This document shows positions 18,636 through 28,452 of a stretch of DNA of 64,000 nt, piece after piece. The stretch covers positions 480,001 to 544,000 of the forward strand of contig OZ252299.1 of assembly GCA_965250285.1 (NCBI GenBank), given 5' to 3'. The translations under genes and the position numbers were made by a program. This DNA is from Myxococcota bacterium. GTDB taxonomy: Bacteria; Myxococcota_A; UBA9160; UBA4427. Each line of letters begins with the position of its first letter. Position 1 is the stretch's first letter. The notes under the pieces were generated by a model. It ran no database searches. It saw only the letters and a list, made by a program, of their open reading frames with translations, and was not told the DNA's origin.

Positions 18636-20147
18636 ATGTCCGAGCACGAGCGATTCGCGCAGACGCTGCAAGAGCTGATCGACGGCGAGCGGCCGGTCAA
18701 GAACGACTTCAACGACTTCGTCGGGCACTGTGACGTGCTGCGTCAGCTGCTCGAGGTCGCGCCCGACGAGGTGCGAGCGCCGCTGCAGCAGCTGCACGAC
18801 CTGATGGCCGAGGCGCGCGATGCGACCGGGGCCGCCGTGCTCGGGATCTTCCCGAAGCTGATCGATCCCGAGCTCGCGAACGTCTACGGGCAGATCTCCG
18901 ACTACATCCGCACCCACTGCGGCATCGCGCTCGGCGACCCGACCTACGTGAAAGGCGAGCTGGTGCGTGAGAGCAACTGCGGTGGCTGGCCGGGGGCGGG
19001 CAGCCCGCTCACGAGCAACCGCTTCCCCTATCTGCTCGATACGTCGGCGTCGAACTACTTCAGCAATCGGTTCTGGCACGGCGAGAACGCGCCGCCCGGC
19101 TTCATCGCGGTGCCGAAGTGTGGCCGAGTGGTGTTCCGCGGCGAGTTCCCGTACTCGCGCTACTTCGCGTTCCACCCCTCCGACTTCGACACGAACAATC
19201 TGCGCACGATCATCGACGTCGACATCGAGCCCGATGAGGGCAGCGCCAACCCCTTTCGCGGGCCGGTGGCCGAAGGGCAGGGCCGCCGTTTCACCACCCA
19301 GCTCATTTTTACGCCCGCGCCCGATGATCCCGAGCCGAACACGACCTACGTCGGGCTGACGAAGAAGGGCGAGCCGAATCAGGCGGTGTTCAACATCTAC
19401 CGAACGACGGGCTCGGTGCTGGGCGCGCTGCCGCCCAACAACACCGGCGTGCTGCTGCCGTCGGTCACCGTCTACAACGCGGCCGGCGAGGAGGTGCGGC
19501 ACTTCGGCGAGTGCGAGCCGTATCCGCCCGGCACCGAGCCGCCGGTCGATCGGACCCACTTTGCGCCGCTCGCGATTCCGGATGCACGCGGGCTCAACTG
19601 GCCCGAGCAGTACGAGGTGAAGGCCAACTGGGGCCTGCCGTACGACATCCTCGCGAGCGACGACATTCTGTATCTGGTGACGCCCTACACGCGTCGGCTC
19701 GGGGAGGTGCACGTGACGCGAGGCAAGAAGCCGGCCGTGCCGCGCACGCCGGAAGAGCCCGTGTATGCGCCGGACATGCAGCTTCGGGGATTCACCGTCA
19801 CCACCTACAACTTCTGGGCCGGCATCTGCGAAGGTGCGGTGATCGACAAGGACATCGCGGTCGACGACGACGGCCACTACACGTTGGTCGTGAGCCACGA
19901 ACGCGATCGGCCGGCGAATGCCACGCCCGAGAACGGGGTCACGTGGATCGACTGGGGCGACTATCTCGACGGTCAGCTGACGTTCCGGATCCTCCTGAAG
20001 CGCGATCCGCTCGTGCAGGCGATCGGCGCGGCCATCGAGTCGGGCGAGGCGTCGCCCGACGTCGAGCCCTACGTGCCGCGCTCGCGCCACTGCTCGAAGG
20101 CGGCGTTCGAAGCCCAGGGCTGGCGCGCGGCCTTCGGCGAGGCCTAG
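18636..20147 (+). CDS. Hypothetical protein with DUF1214-like C-terminal region
   Basis: GEFPYSRYF motif; C-terminal D.DG.YTLVVS...RPANA...TWIDWG..G.LTFR pattern; no signal peptide. Confidence 0.6.
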   Translation: MSEHERFAQTLQELIDGERPVKNDFNDFVGHCDVLRQLLEVAPDEVRAPLQQLHDLMAEARDATGAAVLGIFPKLIDPELANVYGQISDYIRTHCGIALGDPTYVKGELVRESNCGGWPGAGSPLTSNRFPYLLDTSASNYFSNRFWHGENAPPGFIAVPKCGRVVFRGEFPYSRYFAFHPSDFDTNNLRTIIDVDIEPDEGSANPFRGPVAEGQGRRFTTQLIFTPAPDDPEPNTTYVGLTKKGEPNQAVFNIYRTTGSVLGALPPNNTGVLLPSVTVYNAAGEEVRHFGECEPYPPGTEPPVDRTHFAPLAIPDARGLNWPEQYEVKANWGLPYDILASDDILYLVTPYTRRLGEVHVTRGKKPAVPRTPEEPVYAPDMQLRGFTVTTYNFWAGICEGAVIDKDIAVDDDGHYTLVVSHERDRPANATPENGVTWIDWGDYLDGQLTFRILLKRDPLVQAIGAAIESGEASPDVEPYVPRSRHCSKAAFEAQGWRAAFGEA

Positions 20148-20315
20148 CCCCCGCGCGGACCGGCGGGGGGCGGGCGGCCGACCGGGCACGCCGACCTTCA
20201 GCGCGTCGCCCGATCGCGTCGCATGGGCTTGACTTCCAGGCTGTGTGACCATGCTTCGTCGTCATCCGACGTCGGGCGGTCGCCGCACCCGTGCGCGCGC
20301 CGTCCGGCCATCCAC

Positions 20316-20340
20316 CTTGAACCCCTTCGTCGACAGCCCC
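20316..20340 (+). promoter_or_regulatory. Possible sigma32-like heat-shock promoter for htpG
   Basis: CTTGAA-N15-CCCC; the -10 lacks the ATnT of the consensus. Confidence 0.3.
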
Positions 20341-20360
20341 GCGCTGCCCCCGAGGAGCCC

Positions 20361-22286
20361 ATGAGCGCCGAGACCCACGAGTTCCAGGCCGAGGTCCAGA
20401 AGCTGCTGGATCTCATGATCCACTCCCTCTACTCGAACAAGGAGGTCTTTCTTCGCGAGCTGATCTCGAACGCCTCCGATGCGATCGACCGGCGGCGATT
20501 TCTGGGCGTGACCGACGCGTCGATCCTGCCCGAGGGCGAACTCGGCATTCGTCTCGAGGCCGACGCCGAGGCCCGCACGCTGACGATCGCCGACAACGGC
20601 ATCGGCATGAGCCGCGACGACCTGCTCGAGAACCTCGGCACCATCGCGCGGTCGGGCACGCTCGAGTTCTTGAAGGGGCTCGGCGACACGCAGGAGGCCA
20701 GTCCTGAGCTGATCGGTCAGTTCGGCGTCGGCTTCTACGCGAGCTTCATGGTGGCCGACGAGGTCGAGGTCGTGACCCGCAAGGCCGGCGAAGCAGCCGC
20801 CTGGCGCTGGGTCTCGAAGGGGGCCGGGCAGTACACGATCGAAGACGGCGAGCGCGAAGACGCCGGCACGACCATCACCCTGCACCTCAAGCCCGTCGAC
20901 GCCGACGCCGGGCTCGAAGACTTCGCGAACGAATGGGTGCTGCGCGGCATCGTCAAGCGCTACTCCGACTTCGTCGCCTACCCGATCCGCCTCGAGCAGA
21001 AGGGCGTCGAATCGCCCGAGGACGCGCCGCCGCCCGACGACGCGCCGCTCAACTCGATGAAGGCGATCTGGACCCGCCCCGAAGGCGAGGTGAGCGACGA
21101 CGACTACGCCGAGTTCTACGGTCACATCACGCACGATCACGAACCGCCGCTGCTGCACGTGCGGACGAAGATCGAAGGCACGTTCGAGGCCCAGGCGCTG
21201 CTCTACGTACCGGCCAAGGCGCCGTTCGACCTCTACCACCGCGAGATGGCCCACCGTGGGATCCAGCTCTACGTCAAGCGCGTCTTCATCATGGACGAGT
21301 GCCGCGAGCTGATGCCCGAGTACCTGCGCTTCGTGAAGGGCGTGGTCGATGCCGAGGATCTGTCGCTCAACGTCTCGCGCGAGATGCTCCAGCAGGACCG
21401 CCAGATTCAGGCGATTCGCAAGCACCTCGTCAAGAAGGTCGTCGATGCGCTGCGCGACCTGAAGAAGCAAGACGCCGAAAAGTACCTCCGGTTCTGGGCC
21501 CAGTTCGGCCCGGTGCTCAAGGAGGGCCTGCTCGGTTTCGACGAGAAGAAGGATCGGATCCTCGACCTGGTCTACGTCTCGACGGCGAGCGAGCCCGACA
21601 AGCTCGTGCCGCTGGCCGACGTCGTCGAACGCATGCCCGACGAACAGAACAAGATCTACTTCATGACCGGGGCGTCGAAGGACGTGCTCGCGCGCTCGCC
21701 CCACGTCGAGGCCTTCAAGGCCAAGGGGATCGAGGTCTGCCTCTTCACCGATCCGGTCGATGAGGTGTGGCTCGAGCAGATGCCGCCTCAGTACATGGAG
21801 AAGAGCTTCCAGTCGGTCGGCCGAGGCGAGGTCGATCTCGACGAGGCCGGTGAGGACGAGAGCGAGAAGACGGCCCAGCGCGAAGAGCAGGAGGCGTCTT
21901 TCAAGGATCTGCTCGACGCGGTGCGCAGCGCACTCGACGGCGACGTGAAGGAGGTTCGGCTGAGCGGACGACTCACCGACTCTCCGTCGTGTCTCGTCCT
22001 CGAAGAGGGCGATCTCTCGCCGCAGCTCGAAGCGATGCTGAAGCAAGCGGGGCAGGACGTGCCCGAGCGCAAGCCGATCCTCGAGCTGAACCCCGGGCAT
22101 CCGATCCTCGCCGGGCTGCAGCAGACGTTCGAGGCGAAGGCCGACGACCCGCGCATCGCCGACTACGCGGGGCTGCTCTACTCGCTCGCGGTGCTGGCGG
22201 AGGGCGGTCAGCTCGCCGACCCGGCCGCGTTCGCCCGCGTCGTGCAGGATCTGATGGTCGGGGGTCTCGACTCAGCCCAGGCCTGA
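20361..22286 (+). CDS. htpG: Molecular chaperone HtpG (Hsp90)
   Basis: FQAEV, SLYSNKEVFLRELISNASDA, DNGIGM, IGQFGVGFY, LNVSRE; SD GAGGAG. Confidence 0.98.
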   Translation: MSAETHEFQAEVQKLLDLMIHSLYSNKEVFLRELISNASDAIDRRRFLGVTDASILPEGELGIRLEADAEARTLTIADNGIGMSRDDLLENLGTIARSGTLEFLKGLGDTQEASPELIGQFGVGFYASFMVADEVEVVTRKAGEAAAWRWVSKGAGQYTIEDGEREDAGTTITLHLKPVDADAGLEDFANEWVLRGIVKRYSDFVAYPIRLEQKGVESPEDAPPPDDAPLNSMKAIWTRPEGEVSDDDYAEFYGHITHDHEPPLLHVRTKIEGTFEAQALLYVPAKAPFDLYHREMAHRGIQLYVKRVFIMDECRELMPEYLRFVKGVVDAEDLSLNVSREMLQQDRQIQAIRKHLVKKVVDALRDLKKQDAEKYLRFWAQFGPVLKEGLLGFDEKKDRILDLVYVSTASEPDKLVPLADVVERMPDEQNKIYFMTGASKDVLARSPHVEAFKAKGIEVCLFTDPVDEVWLEQMPPQYMEKSFQSVGRGEVDLDEAGEDESEKTAQREEQEASFKDLLDAVRSALDGDVKEVRLSGRLTDSPSCLVLEEGDLSPQLEAMLKQAGQDVPERKPILELNPGHPILAGLQQTFEAKADDPRIADYAGLLYSLAVLAEGGQLADPAAFARVVQDLMVGGLDSAQA

Positions 22287-22312
22287 AACGGCGCTCGAGG
22301 CGCGCGCGAAGC

Positions 22313-23416
22313 TCAGTCGACGAGGTCGAACGCGATCACGCCGCCGGGTCGGTCGACTCCGCCGATCGACGCGGGCGCGAGCGCCGTCAGGCGGCCGTCG
22401 TCGGCGATGACGAATTGAGCCACGTCGTTCGCGCCCTGGTTCGTCACGTAGACGAGCCCGCCGCTCGCGTCGACCGAGACCGCCGCCGGCATGCTGCCCG
22501 TCGGCACGGCGGCCGGGCTCTGCGGCGTCAGCTGGCCGTCCGAGCCGATCGTGTACTGCGACACGGTGCCATCGCTCGCGTTGGCGACGTAGGCGAGCCC
22601 ACCAGCGGGATCGATCGCCACCCAGACCGGTGCGCTGCCCGCTGGCACGCTGGCCGGGCTGAGCGGCGAGAGCTCGCCGCTCGCAGCGATCGCGTACTGC
22701 GACACACTGTTCGAGAACGTGTTGGCGACGTACGCGAAGGCCGCCGTCGGGTGCGTCGCCACTAAGCGCGGCTCAGACTCCGTGTCGACGGTCGGCGTGG
22801 CGAGCGGCGTGAGCTGCCCGGCGAGACTGATGGCGTACTGAGAGATCGTGTCGTCGTTCGAGTCGGCGACGTACGCATAGGCGCCGCTGGCGTCGATCGC
22901 GATCGAGCGGGGCTCTTCGCCGGCCGTGACGACGGCCGGGCTGAGCGCCGAGAGGTGCCCGTTCGGCCCGATCGCGTACTGCGAAACGTCGCCGCCACTG
23001 AAGTTCACGACGTAGGCGAACGCCCCGTTCGGTTCGATCGCGATCGCGAAGGGCCCGTCGCCCGCGGCGACCGTGGGGGGTACGAGGGGAGAGAGCGTGC
23101 CGTCGGCGCTGATCGCGTACTGGGACACGTCGCCGTCGCCGAGGTTGGGCACGTAGGCCACGGTCGTCGCGGCGTCGGTCGCGATCGACTGCGGTGCGGC
23201 GCCGGTCGAGACCGTCGCCGGGGTCTGCGGCCGCAGCGTGCCGTCGGCTTCGATGGCGAACTGCGAGATCTCGTCCGATCCGATGCTCGCCACGAACGCG
23301 TAGCCCGAGAACGGTCCGCCGTTCGTGCCGCCGCCGTCCTTGCAGCTCGCGAGTCCGAGCGTCGCGGCCAGAACGATGCATGCGATCCGCCGCGGTCGTC
23401 GTCTCGAGAGCGTCAC
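22313..23416 (-). CDS. Lactonase-family 7-bladed beta-propeller lipoprotein
   Basis: Lipobox LASC; seven ~46-aa repeats YV.N....VSQYAI...G.L..L.P..V..G..P; start GTG 23416 chosen. Confidence 0.8.
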   Translation of the reverse strand: MTLSRRRPRRIACIVLAATLGLASCKDGGGTNGGPFSGYAFVASIGSDEISQFAIEADGTLRPQTPATVSTGAAPQSIATDAATTVAYVPNLGDGDVSQYAISADGTLSPLVPPTVAAGDGPFAIAIEPNGAFAYVVNFSGGDVSQYAIGPNGHLSALSPAVVTAGEEPRSIAIDASGAYAYVADSNDDTISQYAISLAGQLTPLATPTVDTESEPRLVATHPTAAFAYVANTFSNSVSQYAIAASGELSPLSPASVPAGSAPVWVAIDPAGGLAYVANASDGTVSQYTIGSDGQLTPQSPAAVPTGSMPAAVSVDASGGLVYVTNQGANDVAQFVIADDGRLTALAPASIGGVDRPGGVIAFDLVD

Positions 23417-23484
23417 GTTTCGATTCCCGCCTGCGAAGGGTGAGCTGCGAGGGATGATCGACCCCGCGCGGGCGGCGAGGGGCC

Positions 23485-24303
23485 TCAAGCGTCGCGCGCG
23501 GCGACCACCGCGTCGAGGGTCTTGCGAAACCCGTCGACGTCGTCGTAACGACCGCCGCCTGCGACGAGGCCGGTGACGCCGAGCTCGGCGAGCTCGTCGA
23601 GCTGCGCCCGACCGGCCTGCGGATCGTCGGCTGGGACGGCCCCGAACGTCACGACCTCGGGCGCGCCGCGGCCCGCTTCGGCGAAGAGCTCGCGCAGGCG
23701 CCCGATGCCCTGCACCAGATCATCGCGCGAGCGCGGCATCGGGAACCAGCCATCGCCGGACCGTGCAGCCCGGGCCAACGCGTGCTCACCGTGCCCGCCG
23801 ACGTAGATCGGCGGCCGCGGAGGGTTCGGCCGGAACAGGAAGGGTTGGTCGTGTTCGACCACGACGTCGTCCTCGGCACCGAAGCCCCGCGCGAGCAGGT
23901 CGAGCACCGCGTCGCTGCGCTGGCCGCGCTCGGCGCGAGGCACGCCCAGCGCGTCGAACTCGGGCTGCATCCAGCCGATGCCGACGCCGAGCCGAAGGCG
24001 CTCGCCCGAGAGCTCCTGCAGCGTCGCGATCGCCTTGGCCGTCGGGAGAGGGGGGCGGTACGGGAGGATCAGCACGCCTGTCCCGAGGCCGATGCGATCG
24101 GTCGCGCCGGCGAGCCAGGCGAGCGCGGTGAGCGGGTCGAGATAGCGGCCCTCGCTGCCTTCGGCATCGTCGGGCGGGATCGCGATGTGATCCTGAACCC
24201 AGACGTCGTCGAGCCCGGCGGCTTCGGCTGCCCGGGCGCACGCGAGCAGCACGTCGGGCCTCGACGATGTGCCCATCGATCGAAGAGCGATACCGATGCG
24301 CAT
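23485..24303 (-). CDS. LLM-class oxidoreductase, probably F420-dependent (Rv2161c/TIGR03619-like)
   Basis: WVQDHIAIP, DPLTALAWLAG, LGTGVLILPYR, GIGW..EF, GDGW. Confidence 0.88.
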   Translation of the reverse strand: MRIGIALRSMGTSSRPDVLLACARAAEAAGLDDVWVQDHIAIPPDDAEGSEGRYLDPLTALAWLAGATDRIGLGTGVLILPYRPPLPTAKAIATLQELSGERLRLGVGIGWMQPEFDALGVPRAERGQRSDAVLDLLARGFGAEDDVVVEHDQPFLFRPNPPRPPIYVGGHGEHALARAARSGDGWFPMPRSRDDLVQGIGRLRELFAEAGRGAPEVVTFGAVPADDPQAGRAQLDELAELGVTGLVAGGGRYDDVDGFRKTLDAVVAARDA

Positions 24304-24514
24304 GGGGCGAGTCTCCTGCGGTCGATGCGGTTCGGGTGGACGCCCGGCGTCGCCCGATCCCGATCGAAGGTCTGGCTTCGATGCCTCGACGGGGGCGGCG
24401 TCGCGAACGCCCCTGAACACGGTGACGGCGCTGGGGTACCCTCGCTACGGCCCCCCGCCCCATTCGCGATTCGTTCCCCTTGCGACGCTCCCGCGCAGTC
24501 GGAGTCCCGGCCCC

Positions 24515-25312
24515 TTGAGCAACCCCGAAGCACAGGCTGCCCACGTCGAGCTCTCGGGGGTCGGCCTCGCCTTCGATGCACGCCCGGTGTTCGACGGGCT
24601 CGACCTGACGTTCGAGCGCGGTCGTGTTTCGGTGATCATGGGCGCGAGCGGGGGCGGCAAGAGCACGCTGCTTCGCATGATCGGCGGGCTGCAGCGTCCC
24701 GACGTCGGTTCGGTGCGCGTTGCGGGTGAAGAGGTGACGCGCCTCGGCGACCTCGAGCTCGCGCGCATGCGGCGTCGGCTCGGCATGCAGTTTCAGAATG
24801 GCGCGCTGCTCGACTCGATGAACGTCTTCGACAACATCGCGCTGCCGCTGCGAGAGCGCGGCAGCGGTCGCGAGGCCGACGTGCGCGCGCGCGTTCGCGA
24901 GACCCTCGATGCCGTCGGCCTCGACGACGTCGAGGGCCTGCTGCCGCGCGAGCTGTCGGGGGGCATGCTGCGCCGGGTCGCGTTCGCCCGAGCCATCGTG
25001 ATGGAGCCCGAGATCCTGCTCGCCGACGAGCCCTTCTCGGGCCTCGATCCGCCGAACGTCGCGCGCATCGAGAAGCTGCTCCTCGACCTCAACCGCCGCC
25101 TCGGCTTGACCGTGCTGGTCACGTCGCATCATCTCGCGTCGAGCCTGCGCCTCGCCGATCGCATCGTGCTGCTGCGCGACCGCCAGGCTCTCGTCGGCAC
25201 GCCGCACGAGCTGGCCCAGAGTGCCGACTCGGCCATTCGCGCCTTCATGGGCGAGGACGGGGCCGCGTTCATCGCGAGCGCGACGGCTGCGCGCGACGGC
25301 GGATCGCACTGA
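24515..25312 (+). CDS. mlaF: Mla ABC transporter ATP-binding subunit
   Basis: GASGGGKS, FQNGALLDS, LSGGM, DEPFSGLDP; TTG start uncertain; first gene of the mla cluster. Confidence 0.9.
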   Translation: MSNPEAQAAHVELSGVGLAFDARPVFDGLDLTFERGRVSVIMGASGGGKSTLLRMIGGLQRPDVGSVRVAGEEVTRLGDLELARMRRRLGMQFQNGALLDSMNVFDNIALPLRERGSGREADVRARVRETLDAVGLDDVEGLLPRELSGGMLRRVAFARAIVMEPEILLADEPFSGLDPPNVARIEKLLLDLNRRLGLTVLVTSHHLASSLRLADRIVLLRDRQALVGTPHELAQSADSAIRAFMGEDGAAFIASATAARDGGSH

Positions 25313-26088
25313 TGGGTATGGGGGTCGCGAGCCTGGGGGCACGCGCGTCGTCGCTGATCGAAGCAACGGGCCGAGCCGCCGTGTTCGGCGGGAGCTTGCT
25401 CCGCGCCATTGCGCTGCCTCCCTTGCGCGGACGCGCCATCTCAGCCGGCGTCTTCGACTCGGGGGTGCTCTCGCTCGCGCTGATCTGCGGATCGGGTCTC
25501 ACGGTCGGGCTCGTGCTGGGTCTGCAGCTCTACAACACGCTCGTGCAGTTCGGTGCCGAGTCGTCGCTCGGCACCGCTGTCGGCCTGTCGTTGATTCGTG
25601 AGCTCGGGCCGGTGCTCACTGCGCTGCTCGTCACCGGTCGCGCGGGATCGGCGGTGACAGCCGAGATCGGTGCAATGAAGGCCACGGAGCAGCTCGATGG
25701 TCTGCGCATGATGGCGATCGACCCCGTTCACTTCGTCGCGGCGCCCCGGGCCCTGGCGCTCGCGCTCTCGATGCCGTTGCTCTCGGCGCTCTTCATCGCC
25801 TTCGGTGTCGGCGGGGCCTACCTCGTCGGCGTCGAGCTGCTCGGCCTCGATGGCGGTAGCTATTTGTCGAGCCTCGAGCGCAGCGTCGACTTCCACGACT
25901 CGGTGGCGCAGAGCCTGGTGAAGTCGGCCGTCTTCGGTGCGCTGGTCGGCTGGATCGCGACCTGGCGGGGCATGTCGTGCGAACCGAACGCGGCGGGCGT
26001 GAGCCGCGCGACGACTTCGACCGTCGTAACGGCGTCGGTCTGGATCCTGCTCACCGACTACGCGATCACGGCGATCTGGGAGATCTGA
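25312..26088 (+). CDS. mlaE: Mla ABC transporter permease
   Basis: RELGPVLTALLVTGRAGSAVTAEIGAMKATEQ, GVSRATT. Confidence 0.95.
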   Translation: MGMGVASLGARASSLIEATGRAAVFGGSLLRAIALPPLRGRAISAGVFDSGVLSLALICGSGLTVGLVLGLQLYNTLVQFGAESSLGTAVGLSLIRELGPVLTALLVTGRAGSAVTAEIGAMKATEQLDGLRMMAIDPVHFVAAPRALALALSMPLLSALFIAFGVGGAYLVGVELLGLDGGSYLSSLERSVDFHDSVAQSLVKSAVFGALVGWIATWRGMSCEPNAAGVSRATTSTVVTASVWILLTDYAITAIWEI

Positions 26089-26203
26089 CGCAGAGGGAAG
26101 ATCGAACGCGGCCTTCGGATCGAAGGCGATCCGGCCGATACGAGAGAAGCGAGGCCGTCGCGCGAAGCGCGAACGGAGAAGGGAAGAAAAGAAGGGAGCC
26201 AGC

Positions 26204-26650
26204 GTGTCCGAGAACTCGAAGCGTGACTTCTGGGTGGGGCTCTTCGTGTGCCTGGGCCTCGCGGCCGTGGGCTGGCTGTCGCTGCAGATCGGGGGGCTCT
26301 CGATCGTGCGCCCGGCGTCGCGCACGCTGTACGCGCACTTCGACGACATCGGGGGGCTGACCGATCGCTCGCCCGTTCGCCTCGGGGGCGTGACCGTCGG
26401 TCGCGTGACCTCGATCGATCTCGATGACGACCTGCGCGCGCGGGTGACGCTCGAAGTGGACGAGAGCGTTCCGCTCTCGATCGATACGGCCGCGGCCATT
26501 CGCACCTCGGGGCTGCTGGGCGACCAGTTCATCGCTTTGGAACCCGGAGCCGAAGAAGAGACCCTCACCGAGGGTGAGACGTTCTCCTTCACCGAGAGCG
26601 CCATCAATCTCGACAAGCTCGTCGGCACCATGGTGCACGGCGACGAGTGA
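26204..26650 (+). CDS. mlaD: MCE-domain protein MlaD
   Basis: N-terminal TM; FDDIGGL..RSPV..GGV.VGRV, TSGLLGDQFI.L.PG. Confidence 0.93.
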   Translation: MSENSKRDFWVGLFVCLGLAAVGWLSLQIGGLSIVRPASRTLYAHFDDIGGLTDRSPVRLGGVTVGRVTSIDLDDDLRARVTLEVDESVPLSIDTAAAIRTSGLLGDQFIALEPGAEEETLTEGETFSFTESAINLDKLVGTMVHGDE

Positions 26651-26654
26651 GGTC

Positions 26655-27716
26655 ATGGTGCGGGTGCGTGAATCGGTGACCGGAACGGCGGCCGCGTTCA
26701 GGCGCAGGCCGGGCAGACCGGTTTCGGTCGCGACGCATGCATCGCGCTGGGCCGCGTGGCTCGTGCTGGTGGCGGGGGGCCTGCTCGCGCCGGTCGCGGG
26801 CCTGGCCGACACGTCCGACGAGATCGAGCCCGAGACGCAGTCGGAGGTCGAGGCCGAGGTGGAGAGTGAGGCCCAGCCGAATCCGCCGGCGCTGCCGCCG
26901 AACCCCGACCCGTGGGAGAGCTTCAACCGCGCCGTGTTCCAAGCCAACGAGTGGGGCGACATCTACGCGGTGCGGCCCCTCTCGCAGGGCTGGACCTTTC
27001 TGACGCCAACGCCGTTTCGGAGCGCGGTCACCAACTTCAACGCCAACCTGCAGATGCCGGTGATCCTCGGAAACAACCTGCTGCAGCTGAAGCCGCGCAA
27101 TGTCGGCGATGACTTTCTGCGCATCGTCTTCAACCTGAGCTTCGGGATCGGGGGGCTGATCGACGTCGCGAGCGCGGTTGACATCCCGCAGAACGACGAA
27201 GACTTCGGCCAGACGCTCGGCTACTGGGGGGTGCCGGCGGGGCCCTACCTCGTGCTGCCGCTGTACGGGCCTTCGACCGTGCGCGACGGCGTCGGCCGCC
27301 TCGCCGACTCGGCCGCCACGCTCTACTTCTCGTTTCTGCCCTTCTACTCGACGCTGCTCGTGCGGGGTGTCGAAGTGATCAACCTGCGGGCCGAGTTCGG
27401 CGACGAGCTCGATGCGAACCGCGCCGAGAGCTTCGACTACTACGTCTTTCTGCGAAACGCCTACCTGCAGAACCGGCGGGCCAAGGTCGCCCCGCGGCGG
27501 GCGCGCAACCGTGAGGCCGAGCGCGACGACCTCTATCACTTCGAGGACGATCTCTACGACGTCGACGACGACTTCGATGACGACGAAGACTTCGACGACG
27601 AGGATTTCGACGACGACTTCGATGACGGCGACGCGGCGACGGGCGATCTCGAGCCGGCGCACGATCCCGCAGACGACGCGGCCCTGCGCATCGACGCGCA
27701 GCCGAGGGCGGCGTAG
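26655..27716 (+). CDS. mlaA: MlaA/VacJ family protein with long acidic C-terminal tail
   Basis: DPWESFNR, GIGGLIDVA, EDFGQTLGYWGV..GPYLVLP..GPST.RD. Confidence 0.92.
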   Translation: MVRVRESVTGTAAAFRRRPGRPVSVATHASRWAAWLVLVAGGLLAPVAGLADTSDEIEPETQSEVEAEVESEAQPNPPALPPNPDPWESFNRAVFQANEWGDIYAVRPLSQGWTFLTPTPFRSAVTNFNANLQMPVILGNNLLQLKPRNVGDDFLRIVFNLSFGIGGLIDVASAVDIPQNDEDFGQTLGYWGVPAGPYLVLPLYGPSTVRDGVGRLADSAATLYFSFLPFYSTLLVRGVEVINLRAEFGDELDANRAESFDYYVFLRNAYLQNRRAKVAPRRARNREAERDDLYHFEDDLYDVDDDFDDDEDFDDEDFDDDFDDGDAATGDLEPAHDPADDAALRIDAQPRAA

Positions 27717-27728
27717 GCTACCGCGACC

Positions 27729-28415
27729 ATGACCTCGACCCTGCACGCAGCGTGGGCCCGCCCGGTGCGGACCCTTCTCGCGGTCTTCGTGATCGGCGCG
27801 CTCCATGCGCCAATCGCCGTCGCCGCCGAAGAGACCGACGCCGGCACGATTGGCCCGCGCGAAGTCGTCGAGGTCACGGTCGGGCAGGTGCTCGCGATCC
27901 TCGCCGATCCGAACCTCGACAGTCCGACGCGCCGCGCCCGCATCGAGGCGATCGCCTTCGACGTGTTCGACTTCACGACGATGTCGAAGCTCGTGCTCGC
28001 GCGAAACTGGAAGAAGTTCGATACCGAGCAGAAGCGGGCCTTCGTGCGCGAGTTCAAGGCGCATCTCTCTCGCAGCTACGGCAGTCGCCTCGACCGCTAT
28101 CGCCAGGAGAACGTCGAGATCATCTCGACCCGAGAAGAGCCCCGCGGCGATGTCACGGTGATCACCAAGGTCGTCGGTGGCCAGTTCGACGACATCGAGA
28201 TGGATTACCGAATGCGCTACCGCAAGGAGCGCTGGCGCGCGATCGACGTGGTGATCGAGGGCGTCTCGCTCGTTGCGAACTTCCGCAGCCAGTTCGCCGA
28301 GGTGCTCAGCAAGGGCGGCCCCGACCGGCTGCTCGAAGAGCTGCGCACGAAGAACTTCGACACGCCCGGCGTCGACGACAGCAGCGGCGAAACGCAGCAG
28401 GGCGAGGGCGCATGA
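27729..28415 (+). CDS. mlaC: Periplasmic phospholipid shuttle MlaC (Ttg2D)
   Basis: Signal peptide; FDF..MSK.VL...W, DVVIEGVSLVANFRSQF. Confidence 0.93.
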   Translation: MTSTLHAAWARPVRTLLAVFVIGALHAPIAVAAEETDAGTIGPREVVEVTVGQVLAILADPNLDSPTRRARIEAIAFDVFDFTTMSKLVLARNWKKFDTEQKRAFVREFKAHLSRSYGSRLDRYRQENVEIISTREEPRGDVTVITKVVGGQFDDIEMDYRMRYRKERWRAIDVVIEGVSLVANFRSQFAEVLSKGGPDRLLEELRTKNFDTPGVDDSSGETQQGEGA

Positions 28416-28452
28416 TGCGCCGAGCCGCCCAGCGGCGGGGGGCTGCCCCGGC

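Noticed and set aside
26089..26203. Small gene or terminator between mlaE and mlaD
   Set aside because: Only a short hairpin (GCCTTCG-gat-CGAAGGC) with no U-tract, and too short for a STAS-domain mlaB
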